The translations under genes were made by a program, and so were the position numbers. A stretch of 63,496 bases of DNA, filler included, from Octopus bimaculoides (taxonomy: Eukaryota): NCBI RefSeq assembly GCF_001194135.2. It is 5 parts of 5 records of this genome, joined end to end, with 100 filler letters (N's around TTAATTAATTAA, not from the genome) between each part and the next. Parts side by side here need not be neighbours in the genome. Positions count along the whole stretch, not along the records: positions 23,234 to 31,648 come from NC_068986.1; positions 31,749 to 40,415 come from NC_068998.1; 3 more parts are not named here. The stretch is one strand, 5' to 3'. Shown here piece after piece: positions 26,040 through 37,130 of this stretch (position 1 is the first letter of the stretch; every line of letters begins with the position of its first letter). A model generated the notes under the pieces. It was not told where the DNA came from, did not search any database, and was given only the letters and a program-made list of their open reading frames with translations.

Positions 26040-26474
26040 ATACATCTACATACTGCTATGAATGTCACCTACTTAGCAGATTTAAACATTGCATTCAAAA
26101 TCAAAGATGAAGAGGATATTCACGAACAACTGTTTCGAAAACTTTAGCGTCTTTACCTAACGACACACTAGGCACCAGACACCCTGTCTCAGTCTATGCT
26201 TGATCCAGTACTGTATCTCAGTCAAAGAGACGAGCTGCAGGAAAGAGAGGCCAGCAAACTGCAACCGCACCTGATAATCGTCAAAGAAATGCTAGACATG
26301 TCGCAGTCTCAGTATCTCTGCTTGGAGTCGAGTAACATGCGCCCATTACGGCCTGCCAAAGACCCAATCGTTGCTTTGCTGCCATGTTACGCCTCTGTCA
26401 ACCGGGCCCCACCGAACGGCTTTTTCCCCTTGTATCTCAGATACCAAGAGATACAGATCAAGCGGACACTCTAA
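26040..26474 (+). pseudogene. Decayed ORF resembling the C-terminal domain of accessory ORFs of CACTA/EnSpm-type transposons
   Basis: QPHLIIV...QYLCLES...DPIVALLPCYASVN..PNGF pattern. The family assignment is from memory and tentative. Confidence 0.4.
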
Positions 26475-26579
26475 GTAACAATTGCAGAATATAAGTTAGT
26501 TACTTGACCATCTCGTCCACCTCGTCCACCTCCGCTGTATCCAGTACTACTACCTTTACCTGGAAGAGCTGAGCTGAAG

Positions 26580-26596
26580 CTAAAAAACTACTACTG

Positions 26597-26667
<71 letters not shown>

Positions 26668-27510
26668 GCTGCTACTGCTACTGTTGTTGTGTACTTTAGT
26701 TATCTTCGATCGATCAGCACTGACCAATGATATACATTAACAGCAACACAACCATTAGTACTGTCACCAAAACTACCACCGCCACCACCACCACCACCAC
26801 AATAACAAAAACCGCAACATGAGGCTTAAAACCATTCCAACAATCACTATGACTACGTCTTCGACATTTTCTAAATAACTACTACCATCACCAAAATAAC
26901 CATCACAATAACAGCATCAAACACAAGAACCACACCATAGCAGCACCTCTGACAACCACCGCCGCCACCAGCAGCAACACAACAACAACAACAACTACAA
27001 AAGCAGTAACAGCAGCAGCTGCAGCAGCAACTAGATTTATACAATCCACGACAACTACAACAGCAACCACAGAGATGCCACTATCATAACCACCACAACT
27101 ACCACTGACAACACAACCACCACGACACTCACGTCGCCAACTACAGCTACTACTACAGCCACAACCATAACATAAAACACAACAACCACAACAGCAACAA
27201 CAACTAATACCACTGAAACCACCACAACCACCCGAACAACAATCTCAACGACAACCACTAACACTACTGCGATTACCATAATCTCAACAGTAACTGCCGC
27301 TACTACCACCGCAGCTATTTCTATCACAAAACCATCACCATCACAACTAGAACCTGAACACTGTTTATCAAAGCAACCACTGCTACTACTACCGGCAACT
27401 CCATTAGCACTACTACTACCACGAATACTACTACTACTACAACTACTACCACTACTACTACTAACATCTACACCATTGCTACTATTACTACCATCTTCAC
27501 TACCACTACC

Positions 27511-27542
<32 letters not shown>

Positions 27543-28047
27543 CACCACTACTACGACGACGACCTCAGAAACCAGTCATTACTACCACCTCAGTACTGTT
27601 TATAACAGCTGCTACCTCTACTACTGCTACTTCTACTACTACGTCTTATACTACTGCTACAACTACTACGACTACTACTATAACTACCGCAACTGTTGGG
27701 GTTACTTCTACTATTACTACTACTAACTACTTCTACTACTACCGTTTCAACTACTACAACTTCTACAACCGCAACACTATAAAACAGTGACCCCAGCTAC
27801 TGCCACTACTACTGTCCAGCACTGTTTATCACGACCACTGCGGCTACTCCTACCACTACTACTACGACAAAACTGCTTATCACAGCAATCACCACAGCTA
27901 CTACGAGGAAGAAGAAGAAGAAGAAGAAGAAGAAGAAGAAGAAGAAGAAGAAGAAGAAGAAGAAGAAGAAGAAGAAGAAGAAGAAGAAGAAGAAGAAGAA
28001 GAAGAAGAAGAAGAAGAAGAAGAAGGCACGTGATAAAAATAAGACTA

Positions 28048-28088
<41 letters not shown>

Positions 28089-28420
28089 TAATAATAATAA
28101 TAATAATAATACGACTACTACTACTACTAACTTTATCTCAAAACCCATCATTGCCATTACGACCACTACTCTTACCACCGCTACATCATATCAACCGTCA
28201 CTACGACCACCGTCTCCTTAAAAAAAAACTCACAAATATTACTATAGTTTCCAATGCAGCTACCAATATCGTTAACACAGCCATCACGGTCATTCATCAC
28301 AATCTTCATCCCACAACAACGTTACAACGACTGCTATTTCCACTCACCCCTTCACCTCCGAGCTCAACCCTGCAACTACAACCGCCTCTGTTCTTATAAC
28401 AACTAACATCCCCACCAAAA
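26580..28420. repeat. Trinucleotide/cryptic-simple domain: (CTA)n, (ACC/ACA)n, (GAA)~39, (AAT)n
   Basis: Direct runs, e.g. (CTA)n 26587-26663, (GAA)n 27908-28024, (AAT)n 28051-28110. Confidence 0.95.
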
Positions 28421-28466
28421 TACATCAATCTACGTAACAACAATCACCAACTTTATGACCGTTATC

Positions 28467-29160
28467 ATTACAACACACACACACAGACACACACACATAC
28501 ACACTGCTACCGTTATTACAACACATACTCCCACTGCTACCTTTATTACAACACGCACTACCACTGCTACCTTCATCACAACACATACTCCCACTGCTAC
28601 CTTTATTACAACACGCACTACCACTGCTACCTTCATCACAACACNNNNNNNNNNCACATACACACTGCTACCGTTATTACAACACATACTCCCACTGCTA
28701 CCTTTATTACAACACGCACTACCACTGCTACCTTCATCACAACACACACTCCCACTGCTACTTTTATCACAACACGCACTACCACTGCTACCTTCATCAC
28801 AACACACACTCCCACTACTACCTTTATCACAACACATTCCCACTGCTACCTTCATCACAATACACACTCCCACTGCTACCTTTATCACAACACACACTCC
28901 CACTGCTAACTTTATCACAACACACACTCCCACTGCTACCTTTATCACAACACACACTCCCACTGCTACCCTCATCACAACACACACTCCCACTGCTACT
29001 TTTATCACAACACAGTCCCACTGCTACCCTCAACATAACATTAAATACAAAACATTAAATACATGTATATTAAAACCCTCTTCACAATACACACTCCCAC
29101 TGCTACTCTCATCACAACACACACTCCCACTGCTACTTTCATCACAACACGCTACTGCCA
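28467..29160. repeat. 30-bp minisatellite (ACAACACACACTCCCACTGCTACCTTTATC)n
   Basis: About 20 units with 30-nt period, translating as TTHTPTATFI; contains a 10-N gap. Confidence 0.95.
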
Positions 29161-30756
29161 CCTCTCAACAACTCTATAGCATAGCTAAGCCAACGCTGGT
29201 GCGTCACGTAGCCGCTCTTTTTCTAAATGTAGCAACCGTAACTGTTTCATACCTACACACCCACACAAACATGTATACGTACATGCACATACACACATAT
29301 ATGTGCATGTACGTACTCATACATACACACATATCCACTCATACATGTACGCATGTATATTAGAAAAAACTCTAGTCCAGCTTAACTGGAAGCCATACAG
29401 AGATAAAGAGATTACGATAAGGTAGAAACTGAAATAGAAGACCAGCTTAGATAAAGCTAGTGTGAATATGTAGAGCGTTGATTCTAATTAGTTCATTCTA
29501 CGTTGATTCTAATTAGTTTTAATTCAGCCAAATGCCCTCTATGTGGCCACTGGTCGACCTGCCTGCTAGGTCACTCCAGTTCTTTCTGTGCTGTGCTGCA
29601 TGCACACAATTCTTCAGGCTCTTTTGTCATGTCCTTTTTTTTATGTACAGATGCGAGCGTGTACTAAAGACGAATAAAGATCTATTGAACACATGTATAT
29701 TAAAACCCTGTATTAAAGGAATTAGTGATAACTGAATAATATGATAGACCATATGGGAAAATATCGATTTAGTTCCGAGATTCCACGTTGTTATGAGCAC
29801 TGTGGGTGGTTAATGGAGCGGGCTTTTGTTGACCAAGAAAAATCTTCGACTGCTCGGTGGCCAGTGCTATCAGAGATGAATTTGTGATAAGCGTAATGCG
29901 AATTACAACGAGTGCACCGTGTTATCCTGGATCAGGGATGAACAAATAAGTGATAAGTGAGGATAAATGAACCGTGCAAGTTAAATTTTTGACTTATCAA
30001 ATGTATTTTCCTTTTTGAAATACGAATAAACAAACGGTTTGTAGAAATTATGAGTAACTTAAACTGAGAAGGGAGATAATCTCAAGCACGCGCGATTTCT
30101 CCGAAATTGGCAGATTGTTTAGATAGTATGACTGGAAACAATATGGCAGCCGTGGTCACCTGTTCATGCTTCAGTTGGAGAGATTAGTACATTCGTACCT
30201 TGAAACCGGTAGATGTGATATTTAGACATATACAAAGCGTAGGCAACATTTATGGCCTAAGGTAATTTGCTTGATTTAAATCAAATTGAACTGAAAAAGT
30301 AATCACTCAGAATAGCTTGTGGCATAGATATGAACAATAAAACGAATAATAAAAACATCAACTACCATAAAAGATAAATTTTTAATTCATTAAAATTATC
30401 TTCTTTTCGAGAGAAAAAAAGACATAAGCAAATGTCTTGTAGCAATTGCTATCAATTCCAAACACGAAGGGGAGATAAGAAAAAAATTCAAGGAAATTTC
30501 TATGAAACAAACTTTATCGATAAAGTACATTTTCCATAGAAGATATTCTATGAGAAATGTTTTTGAATAGCCCAGTAGTAGAACTATAAATTCACAAACA
30601 CGTGAAAAGCAGTGATTGCAGAACAGAAATATGTTTTACAAATTTCCAATAACATGGTTCTATCACCGGGTGTGGTTTATGAATGGTGATATACACACGT
30701 ATGTACACAAAAATATATGCATATGCACACATACACACGCACACACACACACACAC

Positions 30757-30787
<31 letters not shown>

Positions 30788-30830
30788 AACATATATATAT
30801 ATATATATATGTATATAATCCAAGTAATAA

Positions 30831-30895
30831 GACAAAAGAAATACTTTTACACATCTTTACTGATCATTAAAGATGTGTTAAAGCATTTCTTTGTC
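30831..30895. repeat. 65-bp near-perfect palindrome; collapsed derivative of the 23.3-kb MITE
   Basis: gacaaaagaaatacttttacacatctttacTGATCAttaaagatgtgttaaagcatttctttgtc; the arms match the outer ends of 23275-23497. Confidence 0.8.
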
Positions 30896-31840
30896 AGCTT
30901 ATTTGAATTCCACCCACACAACGGTTTAACCGCTNNNNNNNNNNNNNNNNNNNNNNNNNNNNNNNNNNNNNNNNNNNNNNNNNNNNNNNNNNNNNNNNNN
31001 NNNNNNNNNNNNNNNNNNNNNNNNNNNNNNNNNNNNNNNNNNNNNNNNNNNNNNNNNNNNNNNNNNNNNNNNNNNNNNNNNNNNNNNNNNNNNNNNNNNN
31101 NNNNNNNNNNNNNNNNNNNNNNNNNNNNNNNNNNNNNNNNNNNNNNNNNNNNNNNNNNNNNNNNNNNNNNNNNNNNNNNNNNNNNNNNNNNNNNNNNNNN
31201 NNNNNNNNNNNNNNNNNATATATATATATATATATATTTTAATAAACATAGTATATGATTTTACGTGCTACCATTAGTTTCATGTATTGAGAGCATACCA
31301 TTGTTTTTTAACACTGCTGGTGTCCTAGCACAATAATCAGACACAGCCCACATCTTGTGGTAATGGTGGGGGATGGCGCTTCGTAAGGGTGGTAGTTGCA
31401 CACTTTGGAATTATAACAATTATAAAGACAATGGTGACGATTATAACAACGACGACGACGACGTTAACGTAAACTACGACGACGGGCTGCTGCACGTACT
31501 GCTGCAATTACTGATGCTGCAGCAGGAGATGATGATGATGATGATAATGATGATGACGACGACGACGATGATGATGATGATGATGACGACGACGATCACG
31601 ATGACGATGAAGAAGAAGAAGAAGAAGAAGAAGAAGAAGAAGAAGAAGNNNNNNNNNNNNNNNNNNNNNNNNNNNNNNNNNNNNNNNNNNNNTTAATTAA
31701 TTAANNNNNNNNNNNNNNNNNNNNNNNNNNNNNNNNNNNNNNNNNNNNACATATACCCAAGGCGCACAGAGCTGCGCTCGGTAGTGAAGTGAAAGCACGT
31801 TATAAAAATAAAACTACTGAACAACAACAACAACAACAAC

Positions 31841-31895
<55 letters not shown>

Positions 31896-31897
31896 GT

Positions 31898-32075
31898 AAC
31901 ATCGAAAAATACCTTAGGAATGAGAACCAAGGTTCGAAATTTCCCCAAGACTCCTGATGAAGGCTGGAGGGTATATTAGCCGAAACGCTGTGTTAACAAC
32001 AAACAAGATGAGGACAAATATCCGTCAAATGTAAATAATGTACATAATACCTCATCTCTTAAATATGGAACTGAA
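31898..32075 (+). mobile_element. Repeat following a (TAA)n tract, probably a Penelope-type terminal repeat, with a hammerhead-core-like motif
   Basis: CTGATGA-a-GGCT...AGCC-GAAAC at 31954-31986. Confidence 0.55.
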
Positions 32076-32202
32076 ATATGACATTGTTCGAAGTTGGAAT
32101 ATTCCTCCGTTATTAATTTGAATTAGGCTTGGTAGCAATAGTAGTAAACCATGATGTTCATCGACGAGTTGTTTGTCATGAGTTGTGATATATACATATA
32201 TA

Positions 32203-32310
32203 CATGACGGTCTTTGGTCGAAGACACTTATCCAAGGTGCTACGCAGGGCGACTGAACCCGAAACCATGTGGTTGAGAAGCAACCGTCTAATCACACAAC
32301 CACACCTCCA
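32203..32310 (-). mobile_element. SINE family C, 5' fragment
   Basis: gaagacacttatccaaggtgctacgcag...gaacccgaaaccatgtggttg matches 63300-63390. Confidence 0.75.
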
Positions 32311-32425
32311 CTTATACATATATTAAAATATGAATGAGAAACAACTGGAAGTATATAAAAATTACTGAATACACATACACAAAGTATTTGTTTCGTCATT
32401 TCGTGAGCAGGCTTCGATTGTAGGT

Positions 32426-32823
32426 GTAAGAGAATATATTCTCATGAATTTGCCTGGCGTTAAAACACCTAGAAGTCATAGACAAGTGAGATAAATGGCA
32501 TGACGTCCCGTCTCAGGAATAATAGACATTAATGTTACGTCATCTTTCCGACTCGTCTATACTGCGTATCCGAAACGAGGCCAGATGCAAACTAAATCGC
32601 CCGCCGTCTATGACTATATGCAAAATGGTGCAAGAGTCATATGCTGGTATGTCCCAACGTTTCATACCACGGAAAAAAAATTTAAATATGAGAGGCAGCC
32701 CGAGGGATACGAAACATAAATGTCTATCGCTCCTGTAACGGGACCTGATACGAGTTATCTCGCTTCTCTATGACTTCCAGGTGTTTTAACACCAGGGGAA
32801 TCCATAAGAGTGTATTCTCTTAC
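32426..32823. mobile_element. MITE with ~115-bp TIRs
   Basis: gtaagagaata...gttaaaacacctagaagtcatag...atagacattaatgttacgt mirrors 32708-32823. Confidence 0.88.
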
Positions 32824-33240
32824 GTCTTGTGTATATGCGTTCGATATTGTTTATGTATGTATATATATAATCTACGTCAAATAACATATTTCATAATGAA
32901 ATTGTACTATTGAAATTATAAATAAAGTGCCTGAAATTTTTTTTAGCATATTAAGTCCTGATGGAATAAGACAGAGATCACTGATCACAAATATTTCATA
33001 GGTATTTGTTTATATTTGCTCATTGTGTTTAATTACCTTCTGAGTGCAAGCTAAAATATGTACGATAGATCTACTTTCTCTCCACTACTTTCTCTCTCTC
33101 TCTCTCTCTTTCTCCCTCTCTCTCTCTCTCTTTCTTCCTCTTTGTTTGTGAATATATATGTTTGCATATATACATATAAAATATATATAAATGTTTGTGT
33201 ATATATGTAGATGACTGAATCTGTTAATTTATCAATACAC

Positions 33241-33303
<63 letters not shown>

Positions 33304-33356
33304 GAGAATATACAAATAATAACAACAGACGAGGACAGGTGGTGTAAATAACAAAA

Positions 33357-33398
<42 letters not shown>

Positions 33399-35070
33399 CA
33401 TACACAGATATGTGTGTGCGTGCGTGCGTGTGTGTGTGTGTGTGTGCGTGCGCGTATATATTATTATTATTATTATTATTATTATTTCATCCGCACCATA
33501 CTTTCAAGTATGCTACATGAACGAATATCTGCACTCTCCAGTAGAAAAGAAGCTAAGATAATAATGAGTGTATGTTTATATTTGTGTATACCTGCGTGGG
33601 CATGTGTGTTATGTGTGCATGAACTTATACGTTTGCAAACATGCATTTACATATATATTAAAAACTGTGCAGAATTCTCCGATTTCACAGTTAGTAAACT
33701 GTCGTCCATTTAGAAATTTATGCAGATTATATTTAGTGAGATATTTTATACATTTCTACAAACACGAGAAAATACAGCAGAAAAACGACAGCTTATCGTA
33801 GATGATATTATAATCACTGCAGAGAATACTGTAAGAAGCGCAACTGTGCTTATGTAAAAGATGCATTTCAATAAGAATATGTCAAACCACATGAAACTGC
33901 CAATATATTCTAAGTTTTGCCAGTGGAATTAACTAAAATATTGCAATAGATAGAATATTTGAAAGACCGGACCTCAAATTTTACATTGGGTATTTAGAAA
34001 ATTTATAGATAAGCTACTTTCTTATGACAGAAATCGTATCATTTAGCGCAGATGAATATAATTTAAAGAAATATTTCTATGAAGATATTAACCATATGGT
34101 ATTTATATATTAGGCCTGTCTTTGGAGCTTTCTATGAAATTCAAAATGTTCAATCTTTTTATATTTTATTGTTCAAATCTTACATCTACTGTTGCCAGTG
34201 TTTCTGAGACTGTATTGATATTATAGCTGAACATCCAGAAGATCCATTGAGAATATTAATGTCTATGGGAATGAGATATGCATATTGTAGAATATTTGGA
34301 CAACATATCACATCTAATTCAGAAATAAACACTGGAAAGCGTTACGAAATTAATTTCCTATAATCGTGAAATTGGTGGCTTGCCAGTAAAGATACATTCG
34401 TATTTCTCCATTGATACGAATGTAAATTGCTGTTTGAAATTTCATAAAATACATTAGAAAACCTGAACAGGATGACAGTTGAGAATTTGTTTGATATTTA
34501 CAGTCATTTATCATGTCAATTTGAGCTCAGAATTTTGTTCAAAGCCACTAGAGATTTCGCCCCAAAAAGACAAAATGAACGATGAATATTGAAATTACCC
34601 CGAGTGAGAAAAAGTAGAGAGTGGAGGATAGAAAAAAGTTAATTGTTTAAAGTGGTTAAATAGATGGCTTATCGATGAATATATAATGAGCTAGTACATT
34701 TAACTAACGAATTCACTGTATTACTAAATAAACTTAATAAAACATGGCGTTTATACAGAATTGTGCCAACCTTGAAAAGTGGTAAGATATTGTTGAATAG
34801 CTTTTACACAATTTTTTCTTTGTTTCTTATGTCATTCTAAAGTCTTGTAAATATGTGAATGATAACAATTTGTTGACGAGGTCCAATAAGACAGAAACAT
34901 ATCTGGAGTTATTCTTATCAAAAATTAAACTCCTTCTCTGCTGCATTCTCTAGCTACTCTTGACAAGAATTGTCATTAACATTAAAGATGTAATTTTAAC
35001 TGATTAAAAAACCCAAATTCATTTTGGCTTACTACATGAAGCATGTTATCCATACTTGGGTGTGTGTGTG

Positions 35071-35116
<46 letters not shown>

Positions 35117-36759
35117 TGTGTGTGTGTGTGTCTTTTAAGGAAAGATTGATGTTGTTTTGTTGTAGCTGGATGTTGGCAGAGCCGACCAATGATCATATTT
35201 GTTTATCTATGGCTACACAGATATACGTATTCCAATTGAGAAGACTCTACGAGAAATTTTGGCTGCTATATCTAGCGGGGGTAGCGATTGCTTAGAGGCT
35301 TCCTCGATGACTCATAAGAGGTTTATTCAAAATATTTTAAAATGAAACCCCAATTCTGATTGCTTAAGAAATATCTGTTTATTTCGTATTCGAATCATGT
35401 CCGCAAAATGCATTCTACATAATTGCAAAGCTAACAAATTTCGTAATATCGGTGCTAGTTTATTTCGGTGTTTAACTGACGTAACTTCTTATATAAGCTT
35501 GTAGTAGTTATTTAGAAATTGATAATGACAGCATCCATAATCTTTCACCCGCGAGACTACCTCCAGACTTACACAATAACGCACAGCTGATTTCAAATGT
35601 ATATGAGAAAATATGGTTGGAAAGTAATAAAATAACTTACTGGAACCGTAGTTATGACTTATCCTGGCGACGTCGAATTGACAAAGAAGTGAAATAAATC
35701 AAAGTGAAAAATGAGCAAAACTATCTTTTTAGAATAACAATCATGGCTCTATAGTACAATAACAATAAAAATGTCCAAAAATGTATGAGAATCATAAATT
35801 TCATCCCTGGCCTGGTTCTTTAACATTTTTTCATCATCCTCTTAATTTAAGAGAAAATTTTTCTAATTTAGGTAAATAATAGTATCTTCACAGAAGAAAG
35901 ACTCTTGTATTTACTAAGTAACAAAGCAATAATCAGTCAAAGAATATCAGAGCAGGTGAGATCAATATTCTACTAAGCTATTCTACTAAGTATCTCCATA
36001 AAAAAAAGAACGACAAAATTTTAATTTCTGCTAATGGTAATGCACTTTTAGGTTTTCATATGTGAAAATATTTTTCTCTTCTTTGTCTATACTACATGCA
36101 AATTATTCTTTATTATATAGATCGTTCTTTGTAGGATTGCTTCACTAGAAAATAACAGTCATGGGATTTTGCCCATTCTGTTCAATAAGCATGTTTATGG
36201 CTTTCATGTTTATGTAAACTGATATAGTTTATTTTAATGAATGCAAGATAATCTGTCCCAGTTACTTATTGTGTAATTTTTGTCTGGAAAGAAGGTTTAT
36301 GATGCTTTTCGCAAGTATATTTTTTAGTTTCCATGATATATCAATTCATGAGTGTAACTTTTAGAAAGTACTGATCTTGTCTGGCTCATAAATATTGGAA
36401 CTCTTTAAGTAGCTTAGGATAAAAGAAACTTATGTACGAAAATGTAATAATTTTACACTAATAAGGAAACAAATCATGTCTTTTTTACAAGGCAATTTAT
36501 AAATTCCTAATCTGAGGAATAAGTCACTGGTTTGCATTAGCGATGTCACCCACATTCATAAAACAAACGTAAGTCAAATCATTGTATTACGCTTTGAGGT
36601 AAAGGATGTGGGATCTACGTTTCAAGCAAGAGCCTTTTCTCAAGATATAAAGGAAACAATACAAAGAAGTTAGGGACAGAAATTTTGCGTAATGGAAGTC
36701 GACATACATGATAAGGAAGAATGTAAATAATGAATGAGTAACAAGCTACTGTACCCCAA

Positions 36760-37130
36760 AATAAATAGTGAATGGAGTGGTTGTATGTTTATATGAGCTC
36801 GTGAGTTAGAGGAAGTATGATAATGTGTATGCGTGAGTGGATAAGTAGAGGAAAGTTAAGAAGTGGGTGGAGAGTAGCAGACAAGTTTGTGATGACAAAG
36901 TATCATGTAAGTATGAACAGGTAGGTTTGAGTTGGATGATGTGAATGCTTGGCTGGTTCACTGATTATTGATTTTCCAACCTGAAAAATTATTCTTTGTT
37001 ACCTGAGAAGTTGAAGAAATTTGGTGCGGTGTTGGAGAAAACAACAGAGAGCAAAGATAATGATGGGAATTGCAAGGAGAATTAAAGTGGTGTGCAATAG
37101 ATTTTTAAGGGTTAAGTCAGAGGAGGAAAG
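36760..37130 (-). mobile_element. Highly decayed CR1/Jockey-like LINE 3' fragment
   Basis: Composition and weak motif resemblance only. Confidence 0.3.

Noticed and set aside
27787-28221. Poly-Arg/poly-Asn ORF
   Set aside because: It is a read-through of (GAA)n and (AAT)n tracts.
28493-28810. Sequence repeated on both sides of 10-N gaps (also ~41840-41890 and ~53650-53790)
   Set aside because: Typical unmerged contig overlap; likely an assembly artefact.
35221-35310. Open frame DIRIPIEKTLREILAAISSG
   Set aside because: It overlaps a degenerate family-F repeat (tttggctgctatatctagc).
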